A stretch of 64,000 nucleotides of DNA from an uncultured Verrucomicrobiota bacterium (lineage in GTDB: Bacteria > Verrucomicrobiota > Kiritimatiellia > PWTM01): NCBI GenBank assembly GCA_964386675.1, contig CAYLTB010000001.1, positions 2,353 to 66,352 of the forward strand. Direction: 5' to 3'. Made by a program: the position numbers and the translations under genes. Each line of letters opens with the position of its first letter. Position 1 is the first letter of the stretch. This document shows, one piece after another, positions 38,635-47,932 of the stretch. The notes under the pieces were generated by a model. It had not been told where the DNA came from. It worked only from the letters and a program-made list of their open reading frames with translations, and did no database searches.

Positions 38635-40137
38635 CTAGCCGGGTTGGTCCAGCGCTTCGCGCACCGCCCTTCCGAGTTCATCGGAGGCGAGCGGCTTGCG
38701 CAGGTAACGCGCGACGCCTTCATCCAGCGCCTCGGTCACGCGCGCGGTTTCGACGAAACCGCCGACCAGCAGTGCCTTTTGCCGCGGGTTGGCGGCGCGC
38801 GCGCGGCGGAAGGTATCGACGCCGTCGAGCGCGTCGCCGAGCACCAGGTCAATGACCATCAGGTCCGCCGGCGGCTCCCCCTTGCGCGCGCGCTCCTCCG
38901 CCCACGCCAGGGCCGCCTGCCCGCTCTCGGCGACGCTCACGGTATAACCGAGCTGCTCGAGCATTCGGCGCGCTTCGTTGCGCGGCGCCTCCCCGTCGTC
39001 CACCACCAGAATATGCTCGCCGCCGCGCGCGCGCAGCGCCGGTTCCGCGGCTGCTTCGCCGGCGGCGACCGGCAGGAACAGCGCCAGCTCCAGTCGGCGG
39101 CCATCGCTCAAGGATCGCGCTTCGGCAAAGCCGCCGCAGCGTTCGGCGAACGCGTCCAGGTGGGCCAGTTCGAATCCGGAAACGGTGCGCCAGCCCAGCG
39201 TGCGTTCCGCGTAGTACGGTTCGAAGATCCGGTCCGCATCCTCCGGCTCGACCGACGCGCCAAACTGCGCTCCGAACACCGTGTAGTGCCGTTCGTCTTC
39301 CGCGCGGGCGGCGATGCGCTCGACCCGGGTACACAGCAGCACGGACGGTTCGTTGGACACGCGCACCGCCAGTTCGATCAGGCGCGCCAGAAATTCAGCG
39401 CCCGAAACGGGGCAACCGGTCGCCGGCGGCAGAGGATTGCCGAGGCGTTTCTCGATGCGGGTACCGGGGTGGCGATCGCGCAGCGCGGCATAACGCTCGG
39501 ATTCCAGGTACCGCTCGACGGCGCGGTTCAGGTCCCAGGGCGCGGTCGGCGGCGCGGATGCCGTGTGCAGCGCGGCCACGCGCTCGGCAAGCTCGCGCAG
39601 CGGCGACAGTGCCGCCGGCAACGGAGAGGAAAGAATGGCGTGCAGGTCGGCGGAAAGGCCCGCGGCGAAGCCCGCGATGGCGGCGCGCCGCTCCCGGCGG
39701 ACGGCGTGGCGGTCGCGCTCGTGGCGCTGCGCCTGCGCGCGGGTCCGTTCCCGCACCAGACGCCGGCGCAGGTCGCGCGCGTCGAGAACGAGCCGGATGC
39801 GGTGCGCGATCTCCTCCGGCCGGGCGGGCTTCAAAATGTAGTCGGCCGCGCCGTTGCGCATCGCTTCGACCGCGTTGGCCGGCGTTCCGTGGCCGGTCAG
39901 CACCACGATCGGCAGGTCCGGCATGCGGGCGGTCACGCGCCGGATCAGTTCCAGACCGTCCACGCCGTCCATGACCATGTCGGTGAGCACGAGGTCCGCG
40001 CCCTCCCGCGCCAGACAGGCGAGCGCCTCGTCGCCGCTGGCGGCGGTCGAGACCCGATACCCGTCGCGCTCGAGATTGACCGCCAGGCCGCTGCGCACGA
40101 TCTCGTCGTCATCCACGACCAGCACATGATGGCTCAT
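38635..40137 (-). CDS. hybrid response regulator: REC - degenerate HisKA/HATPase-like region - REC
   Basis: The N-terminal receiver is HVLVVDDDEIVRSGL...LVLTDMVMDGVDGLELIRRV...VLTGHG. The C-terminal receiver is HILVVDDGEAPRNE...VIDLVLGDALDG...KPL. The middle region has H-box-like and N/F-box-like motifs (IFEPYYAE) but poorly conserved G-boxes. An ATGA overlap joins it to the upstream kinase. Confidence 0.75.
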   Translation of the reverse strand: MSHHVLVVDDDEIVRSGLAVNLERDGYRVSTAASGDEALACLAREGADLVLTDMVMDGVDGLELIRRVTARMPDLPIVVLTGHGTPANAVEAMRNGAADYILKPARPEEIAHRIRLVLDARDLRRRLVRERTRAQAQRHERDRHAVRRERRAAIAGFAAGLSADLHAILSSPLPAALSPLRELAERVAALHTASAPPTAPWDLNRAVERYLESERYAALRDRHPGTRIEKRLGNPLPPATGCPVSGAEFLARLIELAVRVSNEPSVLLCTRVERIAARAEDERHYTVFGAQFGASVEPEDADRIFEPYYAERTLGWRTVSGFELAHLDAFAERCGGFAEARSLSDGRRLELALFLPVAAGEAAAEPALRARGGEHILVVDDGEAPRNEARRMLEQLGYTVSVAESGQAALAWAEERARKGEPPADLMVIDLVLGDALDGVDTFRRARAANPRQKALLVGGFVETARVTEALDEGVARYLRKPLASDELGRAVREALDQPG

Positions 40138-42155
40138 GCCGCGCCCTCCGCAACCGGCAGCCGCACGGTGAACGTCGCGCCGCGGCCGATCTCGCTTTCG
40201 ACCGTGATGTCCCCGCCCCGGGCGCGCACGAGCGCGTCCGTGATGCTCAACCCCAGTCCGGTTCCGCGGGCGCCCTTCGTGGTGAAGAAGGGCGTAAACA
40301 GCCGGGCGCGGACTTCCGGCGCGATGCCGACGCCCGTATCGCGGACTTCGATCCGCGCGCGCCCGTTCTCGCGGTCGCAGACGATGTGCAATTCGCCGCC
40401 GTCGGGCATGGCGTCCCGGGCGTTCATCATCAGGTTCATCAACACCTGCGCCAACTCGCCGGGCGCGATCCGCAGCTCGACGTCTTGCGAGCGCAGTTCC
40501 ACCCGCAGACGGACGCCGGACTTCTCGAGGGCGGAATGCAGCATCTCGCGGACGAAGGCGAGCGCCTCGCTGACGCGGCACGTGGGCCGCGTGTCGTCGG
40601 GCGCGGCGCCCAACCAGAGCAGGCGCTGCACCAGGCCGCGGATCGTTTCGATGCCGCGTTCAACCATCGCGAGGCTGGCGCGGCGCGGGTGGTCGGCGGG
40701 CAGCGCCTCACGCACGGCCGCCAGGTGACTGAGCATGCCCTGCAGCGGGTTGTTGACCTCGTGCGCGACGCCCGCGGCCAGCAGGCCGAGCGAGGCCAGC
40801 CGGTTGGCGCGTTCCAGCGCGGCCCGCTCGCGCGCCTCCGCCGTCTCGCGTTCCAGCCGGATGCGCTCCTCGACGGCGCGCCGGCGTTCGGTGATGTCCT
40901 TGACCAGGCCGTCGTATCCGACCAGCCGCCCCTGGGCGTCGCGGCGCGGCGCCGGCGTGTTGCGGACCCAGCGGACCTGGCCGTCCTTTCGGACGATCCG
41001 ATGGTCGAGGGGGGCCGCCTCGGCGCCGGCCAGAATGGCCTGCGCGTGCGCCAGCACCGCCGGACGGTCTTCCTCCGGCACCATGGTCAGCCAGAGGAAC
41101 GGATTGGCGGCGAAGTCCTCGGCGCGGTAGCCGGTCACCGCCTCGCAGCCCGGTCCGTGTTGGGTTGCGACCGGCCGGCCTTCGCTGACCTCGACGGTGT
41201 ACACATAGTCGGTCACGGTGGCGAGCAACCGACGGTACCGCTGTTCGCTCTCCCGCAACGCCAGTTCCGCGAGCTTTCTTTCCGTGATATCGGAGATCAT
41301 CGCGATCTTCGACAACCGTCCGTCCGGATGGCGGATCGGCGAATTGACGACGTAGTACCAACGCCGGTCGAGCGGGCTCTGCACTTCCCAGCGCACCGTT
41401 TCGCCGGCGAACACGCGGTCGTTGACGCACCAGGGGCAGATCTCTTCCCGTCCGTGCAGGACACGGTGACAGGGTTCCCCGACGGCGTTGCGGCCGGTGC
41501 GTTCGATCAGCCGCGCGTTCATGAATTCGACGCGGTAGTCCTGCGAACAAATGTAGATCAGCCCGTCATACGCCTCGACGATGGCCTGGTAGCGCGCCGC
41601 CGTTTCCCGCCATTGCTCTTCGACGCGTCGCCGCTGGGCGACCTCTTCTTCCAACTGGGCATTCGCGGCCTGCAAGGCCGCCGTGCGGTCTTCCACGCGC
41701 CGTTCGAGGCCGGCGCGGTACTCGGCCAGCCGGGCTTCGGCCTCGCGCCGCTCGGTGACGTCGAGAACAAAGCCCTGAAAGTGCGTCGGGCGTCCGTCCG
41801 CTCCGCGCGCGATGATGCCGTTTTCCTCGACCCAGCGGGTCCGGCCGTCCGGGCACTGCAGGCGGTAATCCAGCGCGTATTCAGTTGCGCCCGCGGCAAC
41901 GCGCGCGTCCAGGTTGCGTTCGACCCGGTGGCGGTCTTCCGGCACGATGAATTCCTCGTACAGCGCGCCCCGCGCCATCAGGGCCTCGGGGTCGAGACCC
42001 CAGCGGCGCGCGTTCTCGGAGACGTATCGGATCGGCCAACCGGGCCCGGCGTCCCAGCGGAACACGACCGCGGGGCTGCCCTCGATGACGGCGCGCCATT
42101 CGCGCAGCCGTTCCGCGTCGCGCTGCCCGGCGATTTCCTGACCGGTCGGTTCCAT
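40134..42155 (-). CDS. cytoplasmic multi-PAS sensor histidine kinase
   Basis: About three PAS/PAC modules are followed by HisKA (LAAGVAHEVNNPLQGMLSHLAAV) and HATPase_c (LMNLMMNARDAM...DTGVGIAPE...GTGLGLSI). No TM segments are present. The start MEPTGQ at 42155 lies 11 nt downstream of the preceding stop. The ORF extends to 42197. Confidence 0.8.
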   Translation of the reverse strand: MEPTGQEIAGQRDAERLREWRAVIEGSPAVVFRWDAGPGWPIRYVSENARRWGLDPEALMARGALYEEFIVPEDRHRVERNLDARVAAGATEYALDYRLQCPDGRTRWVEENGIIARGADGRPTHFQGFVLDVTERREAEARLAEYRAGLERRVEDRTAALQAANAQLEEEVAQRRRVEEQWRETAARYQAIVEAYDGLIYICSQDYRVEFMNARLIERTGRNAVGEPCHRVLHGREEICPWCVNDRVFAGETVRWEVQSPLDRRWYYVVNSPIRHPDGRLSKIAMISDITERKLAELALRESEQRYRRLLATVTDYVYTVEVSEGRPVATQHGPGCEAVTGYRAEDFAANPFLWLTMVPEEDRPAVLAHAQAILAGAEAAPLDHRIVRKDGQVRWVRNTPAPRRDAQGRLVGYDGLVKDITERRRAVEERIRLERETAEARERAALERANRLASLGLLAAGVAHEVNNPLQGMLSHLAAVREALPADHPRRASLAMVERGIETIRGLVQRLLWLGAAPDDTRPTCRVSEALAFVREMLHSALEKSGVRLRVELRSQDVELRIAPGELAQVLMNLMMNARDAMPDGGELHIVCDRENGRARIEVRDTGVGIAPEVRARLFTPFFTTKGARGTGLGLSITDALVRARGGDITVESEIGRGATFTVRLPVAEGAA

Positions 42156-42166
42156 GAACGTTCCGT

Positions 42167-44596
42167 CTAGGCCCCCCGGAACTTCTCGTAGGGCCACATA
42201 GCCACGCCGCCCTCCATCACTTTGACCCGCGGGAAGCCGGCCGCCCGCAGGATCAGCGCGGCTTCGTAGCCGCGGATCGAAAGCGCGCAGAACGTCACGA
42301 TCTCGCGGTCGCGCGGCAGTTCCCCGAGCCGTCCGCGCAGCGCGCCCAGCGGGATCGAGCGGGCGCCCGGCAGCCGGGTCTGCTCGTATTCCAGCGGCGT
42401 GCTGACGTCCAGCAAGACGAAATCGTCCTTGCGCTGGATCCGCTCCCAGACCTCGGTGGGCGTAACGCCGTCGAGCAGTCCGTCCAGCTTGTTGCGCGCC
42501 ACATTGGCCGCCGTAATCAGGTTGTCCATCGCCGGCGAATACGGCGGCGCATAGCCGAGATCAAGCGCCGCGATCTGGTCCACCGTGAAGCCGGCCGTGA
42601 TCGCCGTCGCCGCCACATCCACCCGCTTGTCGCCCTGCCCGGGACCGATCGCCTGCGCGCCCAGCAGCCGTCGCGACCGTCGGTCCGCGACCAGCTTGAG
42701 CATCAGCAGCCGCGCTTCCGGCAGGAAGTGCTCGCGGTCGGGCCCCGGCACCAGCACGCTGACCGGATCGAAGTCTGCCGCGCGCGCCTCGGTCTCGCTG
42801 AGGCCGGTGCGGGCCGCGCAATAGTCGTACACGTTGCAGATCGTCGTGCCCAGCACGCCGGGGAAGAGGTCGTTTCCGCCGCACAGGTTGATCGCGGCGA
42901 CGCGGCCCTGCTTGTTCGCCGTCGAGCCCAGCGGAATGTAGCAGGGCTGTCCGGTGAGCCGGTGGACGGACTCGACGCAGTCGCCCACCGCGTAAATATC
43001 GGGGTCCGACGTGCACATCCGGGCGTCCGTGCGGATGGCGCCGGTGGGGCCGAGGTCGAGACCTGCGGCCGCCGCCAGCGCGGTCTCCGGCCGCACGCCG
43101 GCGCTCAGGATCACCAGGTCCGTCGGGATCTCGCCGCCGTTCGTCTCGACCGCGGCGACGGCGCCGTCGCCCCGGAAGCCGCGGACCTCGACCCCCGTGC
43201 GCACGCGCACGCCGTTGGCCTCCATGTGCCGTTCGATCAATAATGCCATCTCCGGGTCGAACATCTGTAGAATCTGCGGCAGGCGCTCGACGATCGTGAC
43301 ACGGCAACCCCGCAGCGTCAGCGCCCGGGTCATCTCGACGGCGATCAGTCCGCCGCCGACGAGCACGACGTCGCGGGCGCGGTGCTCGGCCAGCGCGTTA
43401 CGGATGCCTTCGGCGTCGCGAACGCCGTGCAACGTAAATATGTTGCGCAGCCCCACGCCCGGCAGATTCGGGATCACCGGCCGCGCGCCCGTCGCCAGCA
43501 CGAGCTTGTCGTACGGGAGCCACTGCTCCGCGCCGTCCTCGAGCCGCCGCACACGCACGCGCCGCTGCGCGCGGTCGATCTCGACGGCCTCCGTGCGGTT
43601 CAGCGTCCGGACGTTCTTGACGTTCTGGAAGAAGATCGGGTCCCGCACCACGCCGAGCGGCGTCGAGAGCAACTGCTTCTGATCGGCGACCACACCGGCA
43701 ACGTAGAACGGCAGCCCGCACCCGGCGTACGACAGCAGGTCGCCGCGCTCGACGATCGTCACCTCGGTCTCCGCCCGCAGTCGGTTGACCTTCGCGGCGA
43801 CTTTCGGGCCCGCGGCGACGCCGCCGATGATCACCACGCGGGGCCTTCGCCGGCCTTCGGCGTCCAGCGCCTCCCGCTCCGCCGCGGGGACGGCCGCCAG
43901 CTCGATGCGGAACGCCGCTCCGCCCAGCGGAGAGGCCGCCACGGAAATGCGGCCGCCCGCCGATTCCACCACCGCCTTCACGAACGCCAGGCCCAGGCCG
44001 ACGCCGGGCCGCGCCGATCGGCGCGCCTCGACGCTGCGGTAGAACGGCTCAAATATCTTCGCGCGCTGTTCCTCCGGCACGCCGATACCGGAGTCCTCCA
44101 CGGTCAGCGCCACCGTTTCCGCGGACGGCGCCTCGACGCCGATCCGGATCCGGCCATGGTCGGGCGTGTACTTGATCGCGTTCGACAACAGCGCATGCAA
44201 CGCCTCGGTCAGGCCCTCCGCCCCGATTCGCGCCCATGCGGGTTCCGCGCGGATCGCGTAGTCCAGCGCGATGCCGCGCCGCGCCGCTTCCTCGGTGAAC
44301 GATTGACCCGCGCGCCGCGCCTCCGCCGCCGCGTCCGCCGCGCCTTCCTCGCCCGCGCGCGGACGGACGATCATCAGCATTCGGCGCACGCTTTCGATGG
44401 CTTCCTCGATGCGGCGGTCCGCCTTCGCCAACAGGTCCTTCTGGCGGGGGGTGAGCTGCCCGGCGTACTCTCCGAGCAGCGTTTTGACAATGGAACCGGC
44501 CGCCGCGACCGGCGCTTTGAGCTGGTGCGCAACGTGGCCGGCGAATTGCAGAGGGTCGTCGGTATTCCGGGATTTCGGGTCGGATGCGGACGTCAT
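42167..44596 (-). CDS. histidine kinase fused to CoA-disulfide reductase/NADH oxidase-like FAD oxidoreductase and rhodanese domain
   Basis: A single 810-aa ORF. Residues ~1-290 are HisKA+HATPase_c (H-box FAGHVAHQLKAPV; N-box LLSNAIKYT; G1 VEDSGIGVPEE; F IFEPFYR; G2 GVGLGLAFV) with no N-terminal sensor or TM. Residues ~300-700 are a pyridine-nucleotide-disulfide oxidoreductase with the CoADR/Nox active-site context VVIIGGVAAGPKVAAK...SYAGCGLPFYVAG. The last ~100 aa are a rhodanese domain with catalytic Cys loop (VTFCALSIRGY). Confidence 0.75.
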   Translation of the reverse strand: MTSASDPKSRNTDDPLQFAGHVAHQLKAPVAAAGSIVKTLLGEYAGQLTPRQKDLLAKADRRIEEAIESVRRMLMIVRPRAGEEGAADAAAEARRAGQSFTEEAARRGIALDYAIRAEPAWARIGAEGLTEALHALLSNAIKYTPDHGRIRIGVEAPSAETVALTVEDSGIGVPEEQRAKIFEPFYRSVEARRSARPGVGLGLAFVKAVVESAGGRISVAASPLGGAAFRIELAAVPAAEREALDAEGRRRPRVVIIGGVAAGPKVAAKVNRLRAETEVTIVERGDLLSYAGCGLPFYVAGVVADQKQLLSTPLGVVRDPIFFQNVKNVRTLNRTEAVEIDRAQRRVRVRRLEDGAEQWLPYDKLVLATGARPVIPNLPGVGLRNIFTLHGVRDAEGIRNALAEHRARDVVLVGGGLIAVEMTRALTLRGCRVTIVERLPQILQMFDPEMALLIERHMEANGVRVRTGVEVRGFRGDGAVAAVETNGGEIPTDLVILSAGVRPETALAAAAGLDLGPTGAIRTDARMCTSDPDIYAVGDCVESVHRLTGQPCYIPLGSTANKQGRVAAINLCGGNDLFPGVLGTTICNVYDYCAARTGLSETEARAADFDPVSVLVPGPDREHFLPEARLLMLKLVADRRSRRLLGAQAIGPGQGDKRVDVAATAITAGFTVDQIAALDLGYAPPYSPAMDNLITAANVARNKLDGLLDGVTPTEVWERIQRKDDFVLLDVSTPLEYEQTRLPGARSIPLGALRGRLGELPRDREIVTFCALSIRGYEAALILRAAGFPRVKVMEGGVAMWPYEKFRGA

Positions 44597-44604
44597 GCCG
44601 CGGA

Positions 44605-45237
44605 TTATACCGCCGGTCCGGTGCGCGGCAACGGCGATTCCGGGCGCTGCGCCGCGCGCCAGTCCACCGGCGTGTCGAGGTCGAACCGCGCGCCCTCGTC
44701 GTCGCAGGGAACCTCCGCCACGCGGCCGACCGGCGCGGCGGCGAGCACGCCGCGCAATCCGTCCGGCGGGTCCGCGCCGCGGAGCAAGACCGGCCGCCAT
44801 TCCGCCGCCAGCAGCGGCGGATGCCCGCGGCGTCCAGCGACTCGCGGATGCGCCACGGCCACACCGGGCGTCAGCGCGGCGATCAGGCGGCGCAGGGTCT
44901 CCGATCGTACGAAGGGGATGTCCGCCGGGTGCACGAAGAAACCATCCAGATCCGCGGGCAGCGCCGCCACGCCCGTCCGCACCGAGGAAAACATCCCGCG
45001 CGACGGGTCGGGATTGACGACGGCCGGAACGCGCAATCCCGCCAGCCGCCGGATCAATTCGTCCGCGCCGGGCGCGACCACCACGCGGGGCTCGGCGACG
45101 CCCGCGGCGCGAAAGGTTTCGACCAACCGCTCGATGAGCGTTCGGCCGTCTATTTCCAACAGCGGCTTACAAGCGCCCATGCGCCGCCCGGCGCCCGCGG
45201 CCAGGATCACCGCGCCGATCATCGGAGCCGAAGGCAT
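44605..45237 (-). CDS. MobA-like NTP transferase (molybdenum cofactor nucleotidyltransferase family)
   Basis: MIGAVILAAGAGRRMGACKPLLEIDGRTLIERLV is the MobA/MocA glycine-rich nucleotide-binding N-terminus. The gene is 210 aa and lies 8 nt upstream of the HK-fusion gene. Confidence 0.7.
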   Translation of the reverse strand: MPSAPMIGAVILAAGAGRRMGACKPLLEIDGRTLIERLVETFRAAGVAEPRVVVAPGADELIRRLAGLRVPAVVNPDPSRGMFSSVRTGVAALPADLDGFFVHPADIPFVRSETLRRLIAALTPGVAVAHPRVAGRRGHPPLLAAEWRPVLLRGADPPDGLRGVLAAAPVGRVAEVPCDDEGARFDLDTPVDWRAAQRPESPLPRTGPAV

Positions 45238-45276
45238 CGAAAATCCCCCTGCGAAGCGTTCGGCACGCCTACACCT

Positions 45277-46503
45277 TCACGCCGGGTCCACCCGGCAGAT
45301 CGCGCCCTTGAGGTAAGCCGTTTCGGGCACGGTCGCGAGGACCGGATGATCGAACGGCTGTCCGAGCCACTCCAGCACGCGGACCTCCCGGTCCGCGTCC
45401 AGCGCCGCCCAGCCGAGCATCGTCGCGAATTCCTCGTGAGAGACCAGTCCCGAGCACGAGAAGGTGGCCAGGATCCCGCCGGGCGCGAGCAGCTTCAAGG
45501 CCAACCGGTTGATGTCCTTGTAGGCGCGCAGCCCGCGGTTCATCTGTGCGCGGCCGAACACGAACCGCGGCGGATCCAGCACGACCAGGTCGAACACGCA
45601 CCGTTCCGCTTCCAGTTGGCGCAGCGCCTCGGGCCCGTCGGCCCGCCGATATTCCACCGGACAAGCGGTGCCGTTGAGTTCGTGGTGCCGCCGGGCCCGT
45701 TCCAGCGCCGGCGCGGAAGAGTCCACGCCGAGAATCGCCGAAGCGCCGCCGCGGGCGGCCTGCACTTCGAACGCGCCGGTATAGCAATAGACGCTCAACA
45801 CCCGGCGGCCGGCCGCCCAGTTCGCCACGCGCGCGCGGTTTTCCCGCTGATCCAGGAAGAAACCGGTCTTCTGACCCGAAAGCGGGTCGGCCTCGAAGAC
45901 CAGACCGTCCTCCCGGATGCGCACCGGCGGCGCAATCGGGTCGCAGAGCGCGGCGACGGCGTCCGGCGCGAGGCCCTCGCGGCGCACGGCGTCCGGTTCC
46001 GCCAGGACCTGCACGGCGCGCGCGCCGGTGCGTTCGCGCAGCCGGGCGAGCACGCCGGGCAGGAACGGCAGCCAGGCGCGCGCGTGCAGCTTGACGACCA
46101 GCAGATCCGCGTAACGATCCACGATCAAACCGGAGAGCCCGTCCCCTTCGGCGAAGACCAGCCGCCAGGCGTCGGTGGGACGCGCCGGCGAATGGGCCGC
46201 CCAATATTCTTCGCGTCGCCGGAGGGCGCGATCGAGCAGCGCGCCGATCTGCGTATCGTCCAACGGCGTGTCGCGATCCCAGGACAGCACGCGCGCAGCC
46301 AGTTCGGCGGTCGGATGCCGGAGACCGCGGCCGAGCCAGGTGCCGTCGGCGGACACAATATCGGCCACGGGCGCGTCCGCCCGGCCTTCGACGCGGGCAA
46401 TCGCGCCGGAAAATACCCAGGGGTGGCGGCGGCGCAGGCTGCGGTCGCGCCCCGGTTTCAGGTGCAGGATGGCCGGCGCCGCGGACGTTTCAGTCGAGCT
46501 CAA
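45277..46503 (-). CDS. rlmI: class I SAM-dependent rRNA (cytosine-C5) methyltransferase RlmI/RlmK-like
   Basis: An N-terminal PUA-like region (RRRHPWVFSGAI) is followed by a methyltransferase fold (VLSVYCYTGAFEV, motif I; DLVVLDPPRF, motif IV with PP dipeptide). Confidence 0.75.
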   Translation of the reverse strand: MSSTETSAAPAILHLKPGRDRSLRRRHPWVFSGAIARVEGRADAPVADIVSADGTWLGRGLRHPTAELAARVLSWDRDTPLDDTQIGALLDRALRRREEYWAAHSPARPTDAWRLVFAEGDGLSGLIVDRYADLLVVKLHARAWLPFLPGVLARLRERTGARAVQVLAEPDAVRREGLAPDAVAALCDPIAPPVRIREDGLVFEADPLSGQKTGFFLDQRENRARVANWAAGRRVLSVYCYTGAFEVQAARGGASAILGVDSSAPALERARRHHELNGTACPVEYRRADGPEALRQLEAERCVFDLVVLDPPRFVFGRAQMNRGLRAYKDINRLALKLLAPGGILATFSCSGLVSHEEFATMLGWAALDADREVRVLEWLGQPFDHPVLATVPETAYLKGAICRVDPA

Positions 46504-47905
46504 GGGTGTCTCCTCGCGCAGGGAGCCGGACGTCGGAAAACCCGCGGGCGCGCAGGGCCTCGGCCAACGCGGCGCGCGCGTCGGCTTCGCCGTGGACGAG
46601 GCATACGCGGCGGGGACGCACGCGTTCCACGTAGGCGATCAGGTCGTCGCGGTCGGCGTGAGCGCTGAACGCGTCGAGCCGGAAGACCTCGGCGCGGCGC
46701 TCGAACTCATCCCCAAAAATGCGCACACGGGCGGCGCCTTCGGCCAGACGGCGGCCGAGCGTGTGGGCGGCCTGGTAGCCGACCAGCGCGATGCCGTTGC
46801 GCTCATTTCCGATGCCGTGTTTCAGGTGGTGCAGGATGCGGCCGTGCTCGCACATGCCGGAGGCCGCCAGCACGACGCAGGGGCGGTCCGAGGCGGTGAT
46901 GGCCTTGGATTCCTCGACGCTCGCCGTGAACCGCAGCCAGGGCGGTCGCATGACGCAGCCGATGCGCTCGCGCAACTCGTGGAACTCTTCGTCCAGATAG
47001 CGCGCGCTGCGCTCGAAAACGCGGGTGACGGCGGCGGCCATCGGGCTGTCCACGAATACCGGAATCTCCGGGATCTGCCCGTCGGCCAAGAGGCGCGCCA
47101 AGTGGTAGATCACTTCCTGCGCGCGCTCGAGGGCGAAAGTCGGCACGAACAGCTTGCCGCCGCGGTGCAGGACGCGACGCACGACCTCGCCGAGCTGGTC
47201 GGGCGCGGATTCCACGGGCCCGTGGAGGCGGGCGCCGTAGGTGCTTTCGATCACGAGCGTGTCCACGCCGCTCATGTATTCGGGGTCGCGGATCAGCGGC
47301 AAGTGGCGGCGGCCGAGGTCAAAGGCGAACCCGAGCCGGTGGGGGCGGTGTCCGGCCCCGTCGAGGTCGAATACCGTCAGGGCGGCCCCGAGGATATGGC
47401 CGGCTTCGAGAAAGGTCACCCGCACGCCCGGGACGACTTCGACGGGGCCGCCGTACGGATAGCCGCGGAACAGCGTCAGCGCCCGCTCGGCGTCGGCGGT
47501 GGTGTAGAGCGGAACGACCGGCGGCAGACCTTGGCGGTTGGTCTTCTGGTTCAGGTAGGCCGCGTCCTGCTCCTGGATGTGAGCCGCATCGCGCAGCATA
47601 ACGTCGCACAGCGCGACAGTCGCGTCGGTGGCGGAAATGCCGCCCCGGAACCCCTGCCGCGCCAGGGTAGGGATGTTGCCGCAGTGGTCCACGTGCGCGT
47701 GGGAGAGCACGAGGTGATCAATGCCGGCGGGATCGAACGGCAGCTCGGCGTTGACGCGGCGGGATTCCTCGCGGCGGCCTTGGTAGAGGCCGGCGTCGCG
47801 CAGCAGGCGCCGTCCGCCTGCCTCCAGCAGGTGCATCGAGCCGGTAACCGTGTCCGCCCCGCCCAAAAAGGTCAGGCGGCGGGGAACTGCCGTGTTAGAC
47901 TGCAT
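46490..47905 (-). CDS. MBL-fold beta-CASP family nuclease (RNase J/CPSF-like)
   Basis: TFLGGADTVTGSMHLLE is followed by the HxHxDH motif (LSHAHVDHCGNIP), then beta-CASP motifs and a C-terminal zinc-ligand His. The ATG at 47905 was chosen within ORF 46490..47926. Confidence 0.75.
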   Translation of the reverse strand: MQSNTAVPRRLTFLGGADTVTGSMHLLEAGGRRLLRDAGLYQGRREESRRVNAELPFDPAGIDHLVLSHAHVDHCGNIPTLARQGFRGGISATDATVALCDVMLRDAAHIQEQDAAYLNQKTNRQGLPPVVPLYTTADAERALTLFRGYPYGGPVEVVPGVRVTFLEAGHILGAALTVFDLDGAGHRPHRLGFAFDLGRRHLPLIRDPEYMSGVDTLVIESTYGARLHGPVESAPDQLGEVVRRVLHRGGKLFVPTFALERAQEVIYHLARLLADGQIPEIPVFVDSPMAAAVTRVFERSARYLDEEFHELRERIGCVMRPPWLRFTASVEESKAITASDRPCVVLAASGMCEHGRILHHLKHGIGNERNGIALVGYQAAHTLGRRLAEGAARVRIFGDEFERRAEVFRLDAFSAHADRDDLIAYVERVRPRRVCLVHGEADARAALAEALRARGFSDVRLPARGDTLELD

Positions 47906-47932
47906 GGGCGGACATTGAACCCGCACGCGCCC

